Part shown: in pieces, positions 1 through 13,302 of the stretch
Layout: the number at the start of each line of letters is the position of its first letter
How positions within the stretch are numbered: the stretch's first letter is position 1
From: Amphiura filiformis
Lineage: Eukaryota
Reading direction: 5' to 3'
Length of the DNA stretch: 64,000 nucleotides
NCBI RefSeq assembly: GCF_039555335.1
Contig: NC_092647.1
Span: forward strand, 51,925,740-51,989,739
The notes under the pieces: model-generated
What the model was told of the DNA's origin: nothing
The model's database searches: none
Seen by the model: only the letters and a program-made list of their open reading frames with translations
Translations under genes and position numbers: made by a program

Positions 1-257
1 TCAATGCTTTCGTGATTGAGTTGGAAGCGTACCGATAAACCGCCCTGTACGCATGTGTGTACGCTTTTATTTTATTTGCAACGATCCATGGTATTTAGCG
101 TTACCCTTCTCACTTAATTCTTCCTACATGTAACAAATTTAACAAACCATAAAAACTGACGTTTTTTTCCAAGGGCTTTCTTATTATTGTCGCTGTAATT
201 CAATTACTTTTGTTGAATGTAAACAGATTGTCTTCTTCCGTTCTTTATTTAATCCAG

Positions 258-740
258 ATCTCAATACTAATGGGCTTCACCTGGATATTCGGCTATATAG
301 CAACCTTCACTGGTATTGATGCTCTCTGGTTTGTATTTATCATCCTCAACTCATCTCGAGGGTTCTTCGTCTTCTTAGCCAACACCTGCAATAGGCGTGT
401 CTACAGATGCTATAGACAAGCACTCTGTGGACGAGGCAATAGAGTCAAACCCCAAATGGCATTAGAACTACCACAGCAACACTATCTTCAACCACAATAT
501 CCAATAGAAAACGATGGCAAATCATTGATTGCAGAAGCAATCAAAGAAGGGCAAGAGGGAGCACGAATCAAAGAAGTTAAGTATGAGGATGCACATAAAC
601 CAATTGGATACGACCCAGATAAACTACCATCTTCGTCTCGTGCAAGACCATCTTTGGGATATATGTTCTCGCAAAATCTTTGTGAGCGGAGTCTGGTTAT
701 TCCAGTCGGAAATGCCAAAAGAGGACAATCTGTACTTTAA
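258..740 (+). CDS. Terminal exon of class-B2 GPCR paralog 0, covering TM6, TM7 and the C-terminal tail through the stop codon. Earlier exons lie upstream of the window.
   Basis: Acceptor ttatttaatccag|ATC at 255-257. Encodes ISILMGFTWIFGY...FIILNSSRGFFVFLANTC, matching the family-B TM6 (GxTWxFG) and TM7 (NSxQGxFxF) motifs. About 90% identical to the terminal exons at 15074 and 34832. Confidence 0.75.
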   Translation: MSILMGFTWIFGYIATFTGIDALWFVFIILNSSRGFFVFLANTCNRRVYRCYRQALCGRGNRVKPQMALELPQQHYLQPQYPIENDGKSLIAEAIKEGQEGARIKEVKYEDAHKPIGYDPDKLPSSSRARPSLGYMFSQNLCERSLVIPVGNAKRGQSVL

Positions 741-1200
741 CTGTGTTGTATGCTTCTGATGGCTTAGGTCTTTTTTGGCCTCCACCAGTTTTGAGTGCAA
801 GCTGGATCAAAAGCAATCGAAAACTTGTGTGCATAATAATATTATTATTTCAGGTCTTAAGGTGTTTATCATTGTGATGCCATTCCGAGAGTGAAGAAAC
901 TAAGGCTAATGTGACATTTGAACTGTTGGTCTGTATTATCGTTAAAATCCTGTGTTGATTCTCACTTAATCCCAGATAGTGAACACGCTGAAGGAGCACA
1001 AGTCAACTGCTCCCAGCCGCAAAGCCTCTGATGTGGCAGAACATAAGTCAGAATCTCACCGCAAGTTTGACTGAGTATTTGGGATGAAGATGATAGCTAG
1101 AATACACGTGTTTAGTGTGGAGGCTATCCAAATAAAGACAAATCGCCAGAATTGAATCGCGATTAAAGACTGGCGTTGTCATCTTGGTACGTAAAGCTAC

Positions 1201-1530
1201 CTTTTGAGTTTGGTACCATTTTTGGTTTTTGAATTTGCACACGGGGCTTATCCTGAGTGTGACGCTAAGACATCTGGTTGTTGCCTAAAGGAGGTTTTTT
1301 TTCATTAGGAGCACCTACACATAATTATTGTATCTATATAATAGTAATAATGATTATAAATTAATGTATTATTATGAAACCACTGAGCCTAATTAATCAT
1401 GATTAAAATTTTAACCTCGGGAATATTGTATTTTTGTCTGAAAATTAATTTGATCCATGACATTTAGGACTAAAATTCACTACTGTATTTGCATATAGAT
1501 GAGAGAAACAAATTTAAATTTTTAATTTGT
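1201..1530. repeat. Non-autonomous repeat family A, about 300 bp (core ...ttgcctaaaggag..gagcacc.acaca...atgaaac.actaagcctaattaatca...ttaatttgatccatgaca...gtatttgcatatagatgaga). Four copies in the window.
   Basis: Copies at 1201-1530, 6340-6650, 17690-17990 and 19340-19670. Confidence 0.7.
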
Positions 1531-1974
1531 CCGTCTTAATACTCCAGTACGACATGCAGTAGTTTTCATTTGGCCGATATTTCTTAGTGTGTTTACTATT
1601 ATTTATAAAATGTGTATCAAAAGTGGCGTAAGGTGTTAACACACCACTATTGAAAACGCACAATTTCACTTTGTAACCATTATACCAAATTTAATTAATT
1701 AATTGTTGATTAATTAGCTAGTTTTGCTCGCAGAGACTTAGTGAAATGAAAAAGTACGTCATTAAAAACATATGTGCCCATATATCCAAAACCTTACGCC
1801 ACTATCATGAAAATGGAATGAAGCCGATTTTGTTTTGTGTCACTGGGTTCCATTGAATTTCAAATGGGGTTACCTGAATGGGTAACTAATTAGCTAATTT
1901 TGCTCGCAAAGACTGAGTGAAATGAAAGAGAACGTCATTTAAAACATAATGTGCCAAGTTTTAAAACAATTGCC

Positions 1975-2290
1975 AAAAATCACCTTACGCCACTATGGAA
2001 TGAAACCGATTTTGTTTTGTGTCAATTGGATATTTCCATTGAATTTTAAATGGGGTTACCTGAATGGGTGACTCCATTTAAAATCTACGTCCCCTGTGTG
2101 GGAGATTAAGGTCATGTCTTCCATAGGGGTGTATGGATATCAAATAGAATAGCCCAATACAAGTAAACCTAAAAATGACGAACAATCATCGAAAACAAAA
2201 CAGGAGCATATCGACAAAAGGACACACCCTGCATGCAAACCCAGGGGGGCACTCCAACTTTGGAGGTGACGCGTATGTAGGGCTGTTAAG
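1975..2290. repeat. Repeat family B (...caccttacgccactatggaatgaa.ccgattttgttttgtgtcaat...ggagattaaggtcatgtcttcca.aggggtgta...acgaacaatcatc.aaaacaaaacaggagcata).
   Basis: Tandem partial copy at 1780-1870. Second full copy at 19040-19320. Fragments at 6900-7010 and 20420-20460. Confidence 0.65.
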
Positions 2291-2868
2291 ACCCCTTTTC
2301 AGCATCGCTGTCACCCAAAGACCCCATATTTTTTTACGAACACATGCTCGCTCTGTCCCCCAAAGCCCCCCTCTTTTTCCATTTGATCTGTCACCCAAAG
2401 ACCCTTACAAGTTCAATTTGAACAGCAACTTTCATTTATCACTGATTTTGTTACTTATTTTGAAAAAATAAAGAAATTTGAAGCCATTTAGAACTAGAAA
2501 TTCGATTTTCGAGGTTTTTGTGGCGCTGTTTTGGTTCTCACCCAAAGATTCCATTTAAGAAAAAATCATGCTCTCACCCAATGACCCCATATTTTTTACA
2601 CGTTGCTCTCACCGAATGGCCCTTAGTGCGAAAGCGCCAGCCCTACACCTATATCCATTTCAAATTGAAGTGCCCCCCCCCCCCGATGCAAACTTGATTG
2701 ATTGTTAACTTAACCATGAATTTATTTTATCTTCATGGTTTCAACTTGTTCTCGTAAAATGGCTTCTTTCCTCTTTTCCCTCAGACCAAATCCAACCTTA
2801 TTTGCTTTTTTTAACCAAATTCCACTTTAATTTAGTTTCTCTCCTGCACCCTTTGTCCCGTTCGCACC

Positions 2869-5800
2869 ATGCCCGATTTGTCAACTTTCATGTCAGAGCA
2901 CAAATTCACTCCGTCTAAATTTAGTAGCGTACTCAATTCACATTCCCAAACTTCAGATAATTCATGTAACATTGACCTAAACCTGTGCTGCAAATGCAAA
3001 TATTACGACACTAATTCAATTATTAATGAAAATGCCCTCCGCCAAAATAAATTTTCTTTATTCCACCACAACACCAGAAGTATTAACAAAAAGGCTAGTA
3101 CTATTGTGGATTACATTTCGATTCTAAATCATGATTTTGACATTATAGGTTTTACAGAAACCTGGTTCAATTCAACCGATGAATCCAATTTAATTGACCT
3201 TGACAACTATGACAGAATAGACTGTATACGCCCTGATAGATCTGGTGGAGGTGCGTCCTTATTTATCCACTCTAAACATAATTTCATTCAAGGACCTGAC
3301 CTTAAAATAAAAGCCACTCACTGCGACTCTGTTTTCATCGAAATCCCTGATAAAAATATAATCGTTGGCGTCATTTATAAACCAGAATATGTCGATTACC
3401 ATCAGTTCATTTCTGACCTAGAATCAGCCCTGAATACCATCTCTAAAGAAAGGAAAAAATGTTTTGTCTCAGGCGACTTCAATATCGATCTCCTAAAATT
3501 TGACCATAACCATCAAGTCAATACATTCGTTAATCTGATGTACGCCTATTCATTTTTTTTGTATTGATCGACCCACCCGAGTCTACACAACCAAGACCGG
3601 TACTACAATCTCGCTAATTGACAATATTTTTACAAATGATACTGATAACCAAATAACTTCTGGCAACTTGGTTACAGACCTCTCAGATCATTTCCCAAAT
3701 TTTATTTCTGTTAAAGGCTCTCGTTTTGATAACATTTCTCAACCTATAACTAAACAAACAAGGCAATTCAAACCAAATAATATTAAAGGTTTCAAAAACT
3801 CCCTGTCTATTGTCAATTGGGATTTTATACTCCACGACGATAATCCTGAAAACTCATACACGAAATTCATTAATAAAACCACTGGCCTATTAGACATCCA
3901 CTGCCCTATAAGAACAACTAAAATGTCCAAACGTAAATCACCACGTAAGCCCTGGATCACTACAGGCCTTGTTAAATCAATTAGAACTAAAGATAAACTA
4001 TATAAAAAGTACATCTCTAAACCTACATCAGAAAATAAACTTAAATATACTAAATATAGAAATATATTAAATAATTTACTACGTACAGCCAAAAAATCCC
4101 ATATTACCGCCCAAATTGAATCAAATAAATTTAACATGAAAGAAACTTGGAAAACATTGAATAATCTTCAAGGTAGAAACAGACGTACCAAATTACCCGA
4201 CTTCTTTAAAGATAAAGATGGCAAAAAAATTACCAATTCAACTGAAATAGCCGATAACTTCAATAATTTTTTTACAAACATAGGCACTAAGCTAGCTGAG
4301 AAAATAACTACTCCTGACGATGACTACATCTCTCCACTAAATTCATTAAATCAGCATAGCAGTATGTTCTTAAACCCAACATCCCCTGACGAAATAATTA
4401 AAATAACTAAAAAACTTAAGGCTAGCAACAGTAGTGGCTTTGACAATATCAGCACTAAACTACTCAAAACAATAATCAATGAAATAGCCCCTGTTCTCTC
4501 ACATATTTTCAATAGGTCCCTACTCACAGGCATTGTCCCATCTTTACTCAAGATCGCAAAAGTAATACCAATTTTTAAATCTGGTGATAATCAGACTTGT
4601 AGTAATTATAGGCCGATTTCAATATTACCTTCTGTCTCGAAAATACTTGAAAAAATAATATACACCCGGCTTTCTGATTTCATTGCTAAAAATAATATCT
4701 TAAGTTCCCACCAATATGGTTTTAGACCAAACCGGTCCACATACATGGCAATAAATGACCTTTACTGCAAAATTACAGGTGCGTTAGACGAAAAATTGCA
4801 TAGTCTTGGGATATTCTTAGACTTAAGCAAGGCCTTTGATACCCTCAACCATGATATACTTCTCCAAAAACTAAATAGCTACGGTATCAGAGGTCTTGCC
4901 AATCTATGGATAAAAAATTATCTTTGTGAAAGAAAACAGTATGTCGTTTATAACCACCAGAAATCTGCAGAAGGTGACATAATATGCGGTGTCCCCCAGG
5001 GATCAATCCTTGGGCCACTTTTATTCCTTTTATATATAAATGACCTCCCACTTTCATCTCCTTCCTCCCATTTTATTATTTTTGCTGACGACACCAACAT
5101 TCTTTTTTCCCACAAAGACCCAGAACAACTTGAAGAATTAATAAATAAAGAACTCAAGAAAATTTCGAACTGGTTTAAATTCAATAAGCTTTCATTAAAT
5201 ATAGATAAAACTAACTTCATGATCTTTAAAAATAAATACAACAATAAGCCTGACCATAATTTTAACATTGAAATTGATAATAAAGATATCGAAAAAGTAG
5301 AAGTAACTAAATTCCTAGGTATTTTAATTGATAACAACCTTTCATGGAAGACCCATACATCCCATATATCAAAAATCGTTTCAAAATATAACGGCATAAT
5401 TAGGAAAGTCAGACCATTTTTAAACCAGGATTCCCTCCAAACACTTTACAACACTCTGGTGCTACCATACCTATCCTATTGCACAATGGTATGGGGTGAT
5501 AAAAATAATAGTAACTTGGAATCCCTTTTCATTATGCAAAAGAAAATCATCAGAACATGCACTTATTCACTTTGGCTGGATCATTCAACCCCTCTTTTCA
5601 TTTCCTTAAAAAACTAAAATTCGTGATATTTACACGTTTCAACTAGCAACTCATATGTATCGTTACCACCATGACCTCCTCCCACAGGACTTACCAAATA
5701 ATCATTTCATGACAAATTCTGAAATTCATAATTATGAGACCAGACAGGCCCTTGACCTTAACATCGCGACGACAAACACACTGCTAGCCAAAAACACAAT

Positions 5801-5885
5801 TAAAACCCAGGGACCTACCACTTGGAATTCACTGAACGACGACATTAAAAACTCTTGCTCCCTATCCTCCTTTAAAAACGAATGA
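2869..5885 (+). mobile_element. CR1/L2-like non-LTR retrotransposon (LINE) ORF2 region. The AP endonuclease domain (2869-3567) and the reverse-transcriptase domain (3668-5617) are separated by a frameshift.
   Basis: Endonuclease motifs IIGFTETW and GDFNIDLL. Reverse-transcriptase motifs FRPNRST, QGSILGPLLFLLYINDL and IFADDTNI (the F/YADD box). A 3' tail ORF runs to 5885. Confidence 0.8.
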
Positions 5886-7659
5886 AAAATTATATCCTGG
5901 ATCAATACCACTCTGAAACCGTCAATAACGAGTACGCATCAATCATGTAAATTTCCTTACCCCCCCCCTTGATGCTTTTTTTTCTGCACCCTCATTTTCA
6001 TGGATGTTCTAGTTCATATCAAAGTAGTTTTTGTCAAATATATTCATGTGGTATATGTATATGTACCTAATATGACATCCATTTACTGTTTTTCTTTTCT
6101 TTGCAAAAATGTTATTTTCATATTTAATAAATTATTAAATTCTATGTTTTTCATTGTAATATTTTCATGTAACCTTGGGTGCCATCAGCCACACGCTCAG
6201 CGTTCTTGATGGCATCCACATCTCATATAATTTATAATGTATTTGATTATCTGTATTTAATAATAATTTGTATATATGTGAGAAGAAACCAAATAAACTT
6301 GAATTGAAAACTGGGCTTCCCAGTCAATGCTATATTTCAGACTTTTATTTCAGGTTGGTACAATTTTTGTGGTTGAATTTGTACGTGTTTATCCATGAGT
6401 GTGACGGTAGCTAGATTGTCTGTACATCTGATTGTTGCCTATAGGAGTCCTTTTTGTTACCAGCACCGACACATTATCATGTATCTAATAATGATAAATA
6501 ATTATTATGGACACACTAAGCCTAATTAATCACGATTAGAAATTTAACCTCAGGAATATAGTATTTTTCATCTCCAAATTAATTTGATCCGTGACAACTA
6601 GGACTAATTAAGATTACTACTGTATTTGCATATAAGTGAGAAAAAAATGAAAGGTGCTACCGTATTCATGGTACTAGTGAAGATCGCTTTAAGGCAAGTT
6701 GTTTAGTAAAGCTATCCCGGGAAAGCGATTGAGTTGTCTGGAATAAAGAGCAGAGATCACGCCACAGGAGCCACCCAGTTTGATATGTTGCATTCTTTTT
6801 CAACATATCTCAGGTAAGAAACAAGTCGCTTTCTATTATTTTTATGCTCGATGTTCCCCCTCAATTTTTTGATATAAAATTTAGGCCTCTAATTTCTTTT
6901 GTCCCAATGGGATATTCCATTGATTTTCAAATGGGGTTACCTGAATAGTTGACTCCATTTGAAATCGACATCCACTGTATGGGAGATTAAAGTTATGTCA
7001 ACCAAATAGAAATATGGTTGAGTGCCTTTAAAAGGGCATTTCGTGATCCACAGCCTCATTTTCCCACTTTTTTTTCAAAAAAGTTTGAGATTTTTATACC
7101 ACTGGAAACCTCTGGCTACACAATGTTTATGTATCAAACATTTCTTGCAGATTAATTCGTTTAGCGAAAATATCGTCAAATTTGAATTACGTTCTGATAT
7201 ACCAGAACGAAATTACAACACTGGCCTATGGAGCAATGTAATACACATAATCATGCATAACTCGCAAACGCAAAATCGGAATCAACTGAAATTTTGGGAA
7301 TAAGCTTTTTTCGTGGCTACTGATAAATGTCATTAAAAGAGGATGTAAAGATCACGAAATCCTCCTTTAATTTACTGCCTGTTTCAATTCTCAGAGAAAA
7401 AAAAACATTGACGGCATTAATCAAGTATTAAAATGAGCAGAAATTGGCTAAATTAGAATTGGTTATGATTAGTAATGTTCAATCCTGCAAGTGTCCAACA
7501 GATGGAAGAAATTGAGTAAATTTTAATGATTTTAAGTAAGCTTATAAATTTCTGTAAATATTTTGTATTTAACGTTGGAAAACTATGTACTTTCAGATTA
7601 TTAATGTAGCAACTCCTACAAATAAATCATTGTATGTACCAGTAATTATATATACGTTG

Positions 7660-8140
7660 TAGGACGAGGTGATATCGGCTTAGATTTAATATCAATGGTG
7701 GTACATTATTAATAATGATGGTGTTGGCGTTGGTGTTTGATTATGGTATTTCTGATGCTCTTGGTGATGGGAGTGGTGATGGTGAAGGTGATGGTGGCTG
7801 TGATCAGTACATAGGGCCTTCGGTATATCTTCATATTTGAAGGGGTGTGAACTTATTTTTGGACACGCCTCTATTATAATGATACCCACACAGAGATCTG
7901 TGTGTACACAGAATATATTTTGAAAAAGCTATGGTCTATCACAGGAATGTATTAAATGGCCAATCATAGGGAAAGTTATCAAATTGCAGTAACTGTTTCC
8001 TTTGTTACCACATGTCAGTCATCTGATGGTTATTGGACCATTTAAACCTGCCAAAAACGCGATATACTGCTCGGCCTATGAATTTATATGTTGTTGTTAT
8101 TTTTTCACAGTTTAAAATACCCGATCATCTGACGAGCAAG
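7660..8140 (+). promoter_or_regulatory. Putative promoter and 5' flank of GPCR paralog A, conserved with 21720-21988 upstream of paralog B.
   Basis: The blocks ...gacgaggtgatatcggctt..., the G/T-rich minisatellite and the pyrimidine tract with cag lie immediately 5' of the signal-peptide ATG. Both paralogs share all three. Confidence 0.35.
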
Positions 8141-8204
8141 ATGAGATTGCGAAAAGTGAGCTTTCTTTTTACATTGCTGATATTTATTGAAATCTACGCC
8201 CAAG
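8141..8204 (+). CDS. Exon 1 (signal peptide) of GPCR paralog A, encoding MRLRKVSFLFTLLIFIEIYAQ plus 1 nt.
   Basis: ATG in gcaagATGa context. Classic n/h/c signal-peptide layout. Perfect donor CAAG|GTACGT. The phase-1 donor pairs with the phase-1 acceptor of the 10877 exon (g+AG gives GAG). Paralogous copy at 21989. Confidence 0.6.
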
Positions 8205-8569
8205 GTACGTTTTACGAGTGTGAATGTGAACGTTTCTGAGATTAAGGGTAGACGAGGTATTGTTGGTCGAAGCAGCCAAAACATCCATTCAGATGGTTTG
8301 TTATCTTGGTAACACAGCAAAAAAAAATCAAAATCTATTGTGCTCTGTTAACCTCGACCTAATTGTAACAAAACATCCAATACAATGCAATTTTTCTCAA
8401 TTTGATTCATTTTTGCCAAAGGAACAATTTGAGACCAGATGGATAAGGGAAGTGTGGTCATATGACACTTTGAGACGGCTAGCGTACCGGAGAGCGTACC
8501 GGTTGCCAAATTCGTCACCGTTACTGAATCTGCCGTGTCGCTAGCTCGTTTAAATCCATCGGACGCCGA

Positions 8570-9900
8570 AACACTTGGCCATGTGTGTAACGCTATGTAA
8601 CACTGAACTACCTCAATCAAAAATCACCAAGGATGAGAGAAAGGCTCTGTCGAAATTAACTATGGATGAAAACATCGCCAAAGTCCCGGCAGACAACGGC
8701 AAGTGTGTAGTGGTTTTGAACAAGTGTGAATATGATGACACGTGTAAGGGGTTACAGGAAAAAGGTAAATGAGTTTACTACTAAGATCCTTACTGAGAAA
8801 CCATAAACATCGATGACAAGAGACAGTTAGATCCCCTCTCTGAGCCAGCGGTAACTGCGTTTTATGGACTCCTGAAAATTCACAAACCAGAACCAATACC
8901 TGTCAGGCCCATTGTGAGTAGTATCGGATCTGTAACGTATAATCTCGCAAAGTACGCGGCTAAAATCTTAGGCCCCCTTTTTGGACAATCTCCGCACCAC
9001 ATCAAAAACACTCAAGAGTTTATTAACCGAATTAAGGATATCACATTAAGCGCAATAACATCGTATGACGTTAATACCGCTTTGTTCACGTGTATTCCAC
9101 CAGACTTTGCGCTGAAAGTTGTAAAGGAGTGTCTGAACAATGATACCACCTTGAGTGAACATGGTGAACGGACAAACCTTATGTAGATCAAATCGTGGAA
9201 CTCGTAAGCATCTGTTTTAATACCACCTATTTCTCCCATATCCCCAGTTAGCCCGATAGCCCCTGTGTATGGAAAGTTTCGAGCAGCAAGCCTTGCAACC
9301 ATATCCGGATGTTAAGCCTAGACTCTGGTTATGTCTCATCGACGATACCTTAGTGATTATTGAGTGCACCGAATTAGAAGGTTTCTTTCACATCAACATG
9401 CTAGACGACAACATCAAGTTTACCCAGGATAAGTGTAAAGACGACACACTAGCTTTCTTAGACTGTCTGATTAGTGTGAAGAACGATGGTTCGCTAACTT
9501 CAAAATTCACAGAAAACCCACGCACACTGATCATTATATACAATTTGGATCACATCACCCATTGATACACCAGTTGGAAGTAATAAGAACTCTACAATAC
9601 AGAGCAGATACCATCATAAGCGGGTGCGAACTTATTCCAGAGGAGAAAGACCACATCAAAGAATCGCTGAAGAACTGGGCTTTTCTGAAAGCCAACAAAA
9701 GTAGAAAAGACAAAAAACAGTTCAACCCAACAAAGCTTGCGTCACAATCCCATATGTAGCTGGACTGTCAGAACGTGTAAAGAAACACCTCAAAGCTTTT
9801 GGGATTTCCTCGTCGTTTAAGCCAAATAACACCCTACTTGGCAAGCTCGTACAAGTCAAAGACAAACAATCTAAAGAAAAACGCTCAAACTTAGTGTATG
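8570..9900 (+). mobile_element. Degenerate Penelope-like element (PLE) reverse-transcriptase region, broken by frameshifts, in intron 1 of GPCR paralog A.
   Basis: Translated fragments contain FYGLLKIHKPEPIPVRPIVSSIGSVTYNLAKY (the YGLPKIHK-type motif) and MLDDNIKFTQDK...LAFLDCLI. Confidence 0.55.
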
Positions 9901-10214
9901 GATTAGTGTGCTGTGACGCTGATTGTTCTGCTGCCTATGTTGGCAAAAAAACATAGCGACACACTAAAAAATATTTGAGATAACACGAACAATATTTCAA
10001 ACTTCAATAACACGAAAAAAGGCTGACACGAAAGAGACCTTACTAAATGCAATTACCCATGAAAATGTTTAGACACCTATGTAATTCCATTGGCCAATCA
10101 ACGCATAAAAATAAAAATATCGGGAAATAACACTATTTCAGGCAAATAATACTATACTCCCTTTAATCCTGTAGCCATTTTCTCAAATTACTTCACTGCA
10201 ATGAATAAAATGCC

Positions 10215-10300
10215 ACGGATTTTATTTTATTGGTGGTTCGGTAGTGCGAGCACTGGTCGGCAGTTCCGGAGGTCCTGGGTTCAAATACTGGTTAAGGATA
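10215..10300 (+). ncRNA. tRNA-derived SINE-like head (degenerate tRNA-like sequence, not a functional tRNA).
   Basis: A GGTTCAAAT box-B-like motif preceded by a D-arm-like GTAGTGCGAGCACTGG. The T-stem is not complementary. The paralogous copy at 30765-30845 belongs to the duplicated gene unit. Confidence 0.35.
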
Positions 10301-10876
10301 AGTTTTCTTTAATTAATAATTCAGACATTTACTAGTGGTTAGTGGCCGCGTCAGGGAATGAACACAGACGAGAGCTGTCACCATTGGGCCATGCACTCTC
10401 TAGTGTATGGGATATATCGGAGTAATATTGACATAATATTGTTTTATTATTATTTGTTACTAAAATGGGGGTTATAGCGCCCTCAACGTGCTACATGTAA
10501 AGACCGATTATAGAAAAATGGCCCTAAAATAAAAACGCCCCATTCATTTTTCCTCAAATTTTGCATAATTATGATGTATATAGATTTAACATCTGGAATG
10601 TAATACAAGTGGTGTCGTTGCTGCTCTTCTAATTCCATTTATAAAATGTCCGCCCCACCGTACCAAGATGCCCCGCCACCGATTAATTTTTTCGTACATC
10701 ATATTTGTAACGCATACGTGTTTGATCAAAATTTACAAAATGATGTACGAAAAAATAATCGCGCCCCGCCAAGGAATGAACACAGACGAGAGCTGTCACC
10801 ATGGGCCACGCACTCTCTAGTGTATGGGATATATCGGAGTAATGTTGACATATTTTTATTTTTATTATTATTTTAG

Positions 10877-13302
10877 AGTATGTTTACATCGGAGACGGGG
10901 AACTGGAAATTGCAGTCTGCCCAGAGCGTCATACGTCATGCCAGGAATGGTCATGTCCAGTGGATAAGTACGAACCTCTGTGCTATTGCATATCATCTAT
11001 ATGTCACCTATTCAATGATTGTTGCCTGGGAGCCTTATCCGAATGCTACGAGGATTCCGACATTCTGGCCGAAATCGAAGCTAAAATCGAGTCAAACGGT
11101 TTTACATCAGAAGATATCAGTTGCATTGATCCAACACATTATGCAGGTCCTTCATGGGGATATCAGATGATAGTAACTTGTAACAAAGCGTTCATAGATG
11201 AAGAAATCATCAGACACTGCACTAATGTCGCGAATAACGATGTTTATGGATCAATTCCTGTCACAGATATGGATGGTTTTACCTTTAGAAATGTTTTCTG
11301 CGCTCTCTGCAACTTTCGGGATATCACTAAACTATCTGTTTGGAGTGTTGACTTTATCTGCCCTCCTGAATCATTTAATACTTATATTGCAAACACATAC
11401 GATGTGTTGCATTACCTGGAGTCAGAATGCGATATCCAATACCATCTCCCTCACGATGTACATCCACTTCTAGTAGAGTTGTCGGCACGGCAATGTTTGA
11501 ATATTGACGTGATAGATAAATTAAGTTGCCGTAGATCCCATCCTGCGCATAAAGACTGCGCTGAATACACTGCTTATGTACAAATAAGTAATGGTTCTGA
11601 AGTTACATTCTTTAAAAATCCTCACTGTTTATTGTGCTACTTCAATCTTACTAGTTTTGATGAGTCCAATTTCAATATTCTGACCTGTGATTTTTGGGAG
11701 TTCCCAGGTTATGGTCTATGGCCTATGTTCAATCTCTTTCCAGATATGGAGAGTTATTCGTTGTATGCCCTTCCTATTTCAGTACTGTTAAACTTCGGCA
11801 GGATTAGTAGATTTGAAATAGTGCATGACTATGAATTGGTTACACACATGGAGATTGTTGAATGTCCCATTGGTCAGACTTACGATCCGTTTCAAGATAG
11901 ATGCCGCCGATTGGCTTGCCCGATTGGAATGGTGTTAGCTGGTGACACTTGTCTGTTTCCGTCGCATGCCAACAGAAATTGTCATGGCTCTGAAGGTCTG
12001 CTTAGTCTCACAATGTCAGTAAAATTCACCCAGAAGGACGTGAGTGTTTCAGAATTCTCAGAGTGTGTCCAAGAAACGTTAGATTTTAAGAATGACGCTT
12101 ATTTCAGTGTGTTCAATGCGTCTTTCAGCAATGGAACCCTGCAACTTGTATCGCCTGCTTTGGTTCCTCCAGGATATTTTAGTGAGTTAGAATCCACTTT
12201 GGACGAACACTTTGAGTCTATGATGAAAAGTGAAGATAAATTGTGCAAAATGTCCGAGATACAATTTGATATTGATTGTGCGCCAAGCGATATTCTGGAC
12301 CTTTGTTCCCAGCATAAGTATGATAAGGCTGCAAATAACTACATGCTGAACTTCGCCAATATCTTTGAAACTGAAAATTCTTCTCATCTTTTAGGACTTC
12401 AAGTAAAGTATTCCCAAAGCCCAGACGATGAATTCTTTCAGAAGTCTATTTCTATCATACAATGCGCGAATCAAAATACAAACCTATCATGTCCACTTCT
12501 TTCCTTTAATCGTACGCTGTTTCTGAGTGTACTAAACAAACCTGATTGGTTAGAATTCACTCCAACAGGTGTGCTGTTAAGTCCGGAGGAATATATCATA
12601 GGTTCCGATGATGAAATTCAGATTTGCTCCCTTCATGTTAGCACAATCAATAACAACACTAGATCAAATCTGGTATTTTATTCTGCAGCACAGGAAATTG
12701 TTGGCAATATATGTACGTCTGTGTCCCTCGTTAGCTGTACAATTACTTTCCTAACTATTTGTTTCTTCAAGTCATTACGCAACCGAGCCAGTCCTCTATT
12801 GCTTAATTTGGTCACTTCTCTCTTCCTTGCTGAATTCGTTTTAATTACCGGGGGTCATCAAACCCAACATCCTCAAGCCTGTGTTATGGTTGCCATACTA
12901 CTTCATTACTTTTGGTTATCTTCTTTCTCTTGGATGAATATCTTAGGATTTGACCTTTTCTTGACCTTTGGATCTGCAGATGCCTTCACTGCCCCAAAGA
13001 AGTTAGAAAAGAAATATTTATACATTTATTTGTCCTATGGGTGGGGTGTACCGTTGTCAGTTGTTGTACTTACAATTATACTTCACTCCTCTCAGTGTTC
13101 CACCTTATATGTTCAATATGGAGGGGAGGAAGCTTGCTGGATACAGAATGGTTGGGCAAATCTCATTCTCTTTGGTATTCCGGTTGCGATGATGATTGTA
13201 GTTAATACGTTATTTTATGTTGGTATTGTTTGGGGAATTTACAAATCGAGGTATGGCAACAGAAGAGTGGCTTCGGTGAAATATCTTATCATATATATGA
13301 AG
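10877..13302 (+). CDS. Exon 2 of GPCR paralog A, encoding the Cys-rich ectodomain plus TM1-TM5.
   Basis: Acceptor tattattattttag|AG. Open frame of 2426 nt, continuous with the ORF at 10960-13320. Family-B2 motifs are present: HYFWLSSFSWMNILGFDLFL (TM3), YGWGVPLSVV (TM4), ACWIQNG, FGIPVAMMIVVNTLFY (TM5). Donor ATGAAG|GTAATT at 13303. Confidence 0.8.

Noticed and set aside
488-759. ORFs overlapping or antisense to the GPCR terminal exon (488-718 minus strand, 529-759 plus strand).
   Set aside because: These are alternative-frame or antisense shadows of the real coding exon at 258-740.
7692-7889. Minus-strand ORF encoding a His-rich peptide (HHLHHHHSHHQEH…). A similar ORF at 21749-22051 encodes a mucin-like run TTPVTTPVTTPATTPVT.
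   Set aside because: Both are translations of the G/T-rich minisatellite (GGGAGTGGTGAC)n upstream of the signal exons. They are low-complexity artefacts of the ORF track, with no start context.
10225-10300. Possible genuine tRNA gene.
   Set aside because: The acceptor and T-stems do not pair (CCTGG…ACTGG). It is a SINE-like or tRNA-derived fragment only.
11198-11473. A 91-aa ORF in another frame inside the large GPCR exon. The same applies at 31258-31506.
   Set aside because: Nested out-of-frame ORF. The main frame is conserved between paralogs and carries the 7TM motifs.
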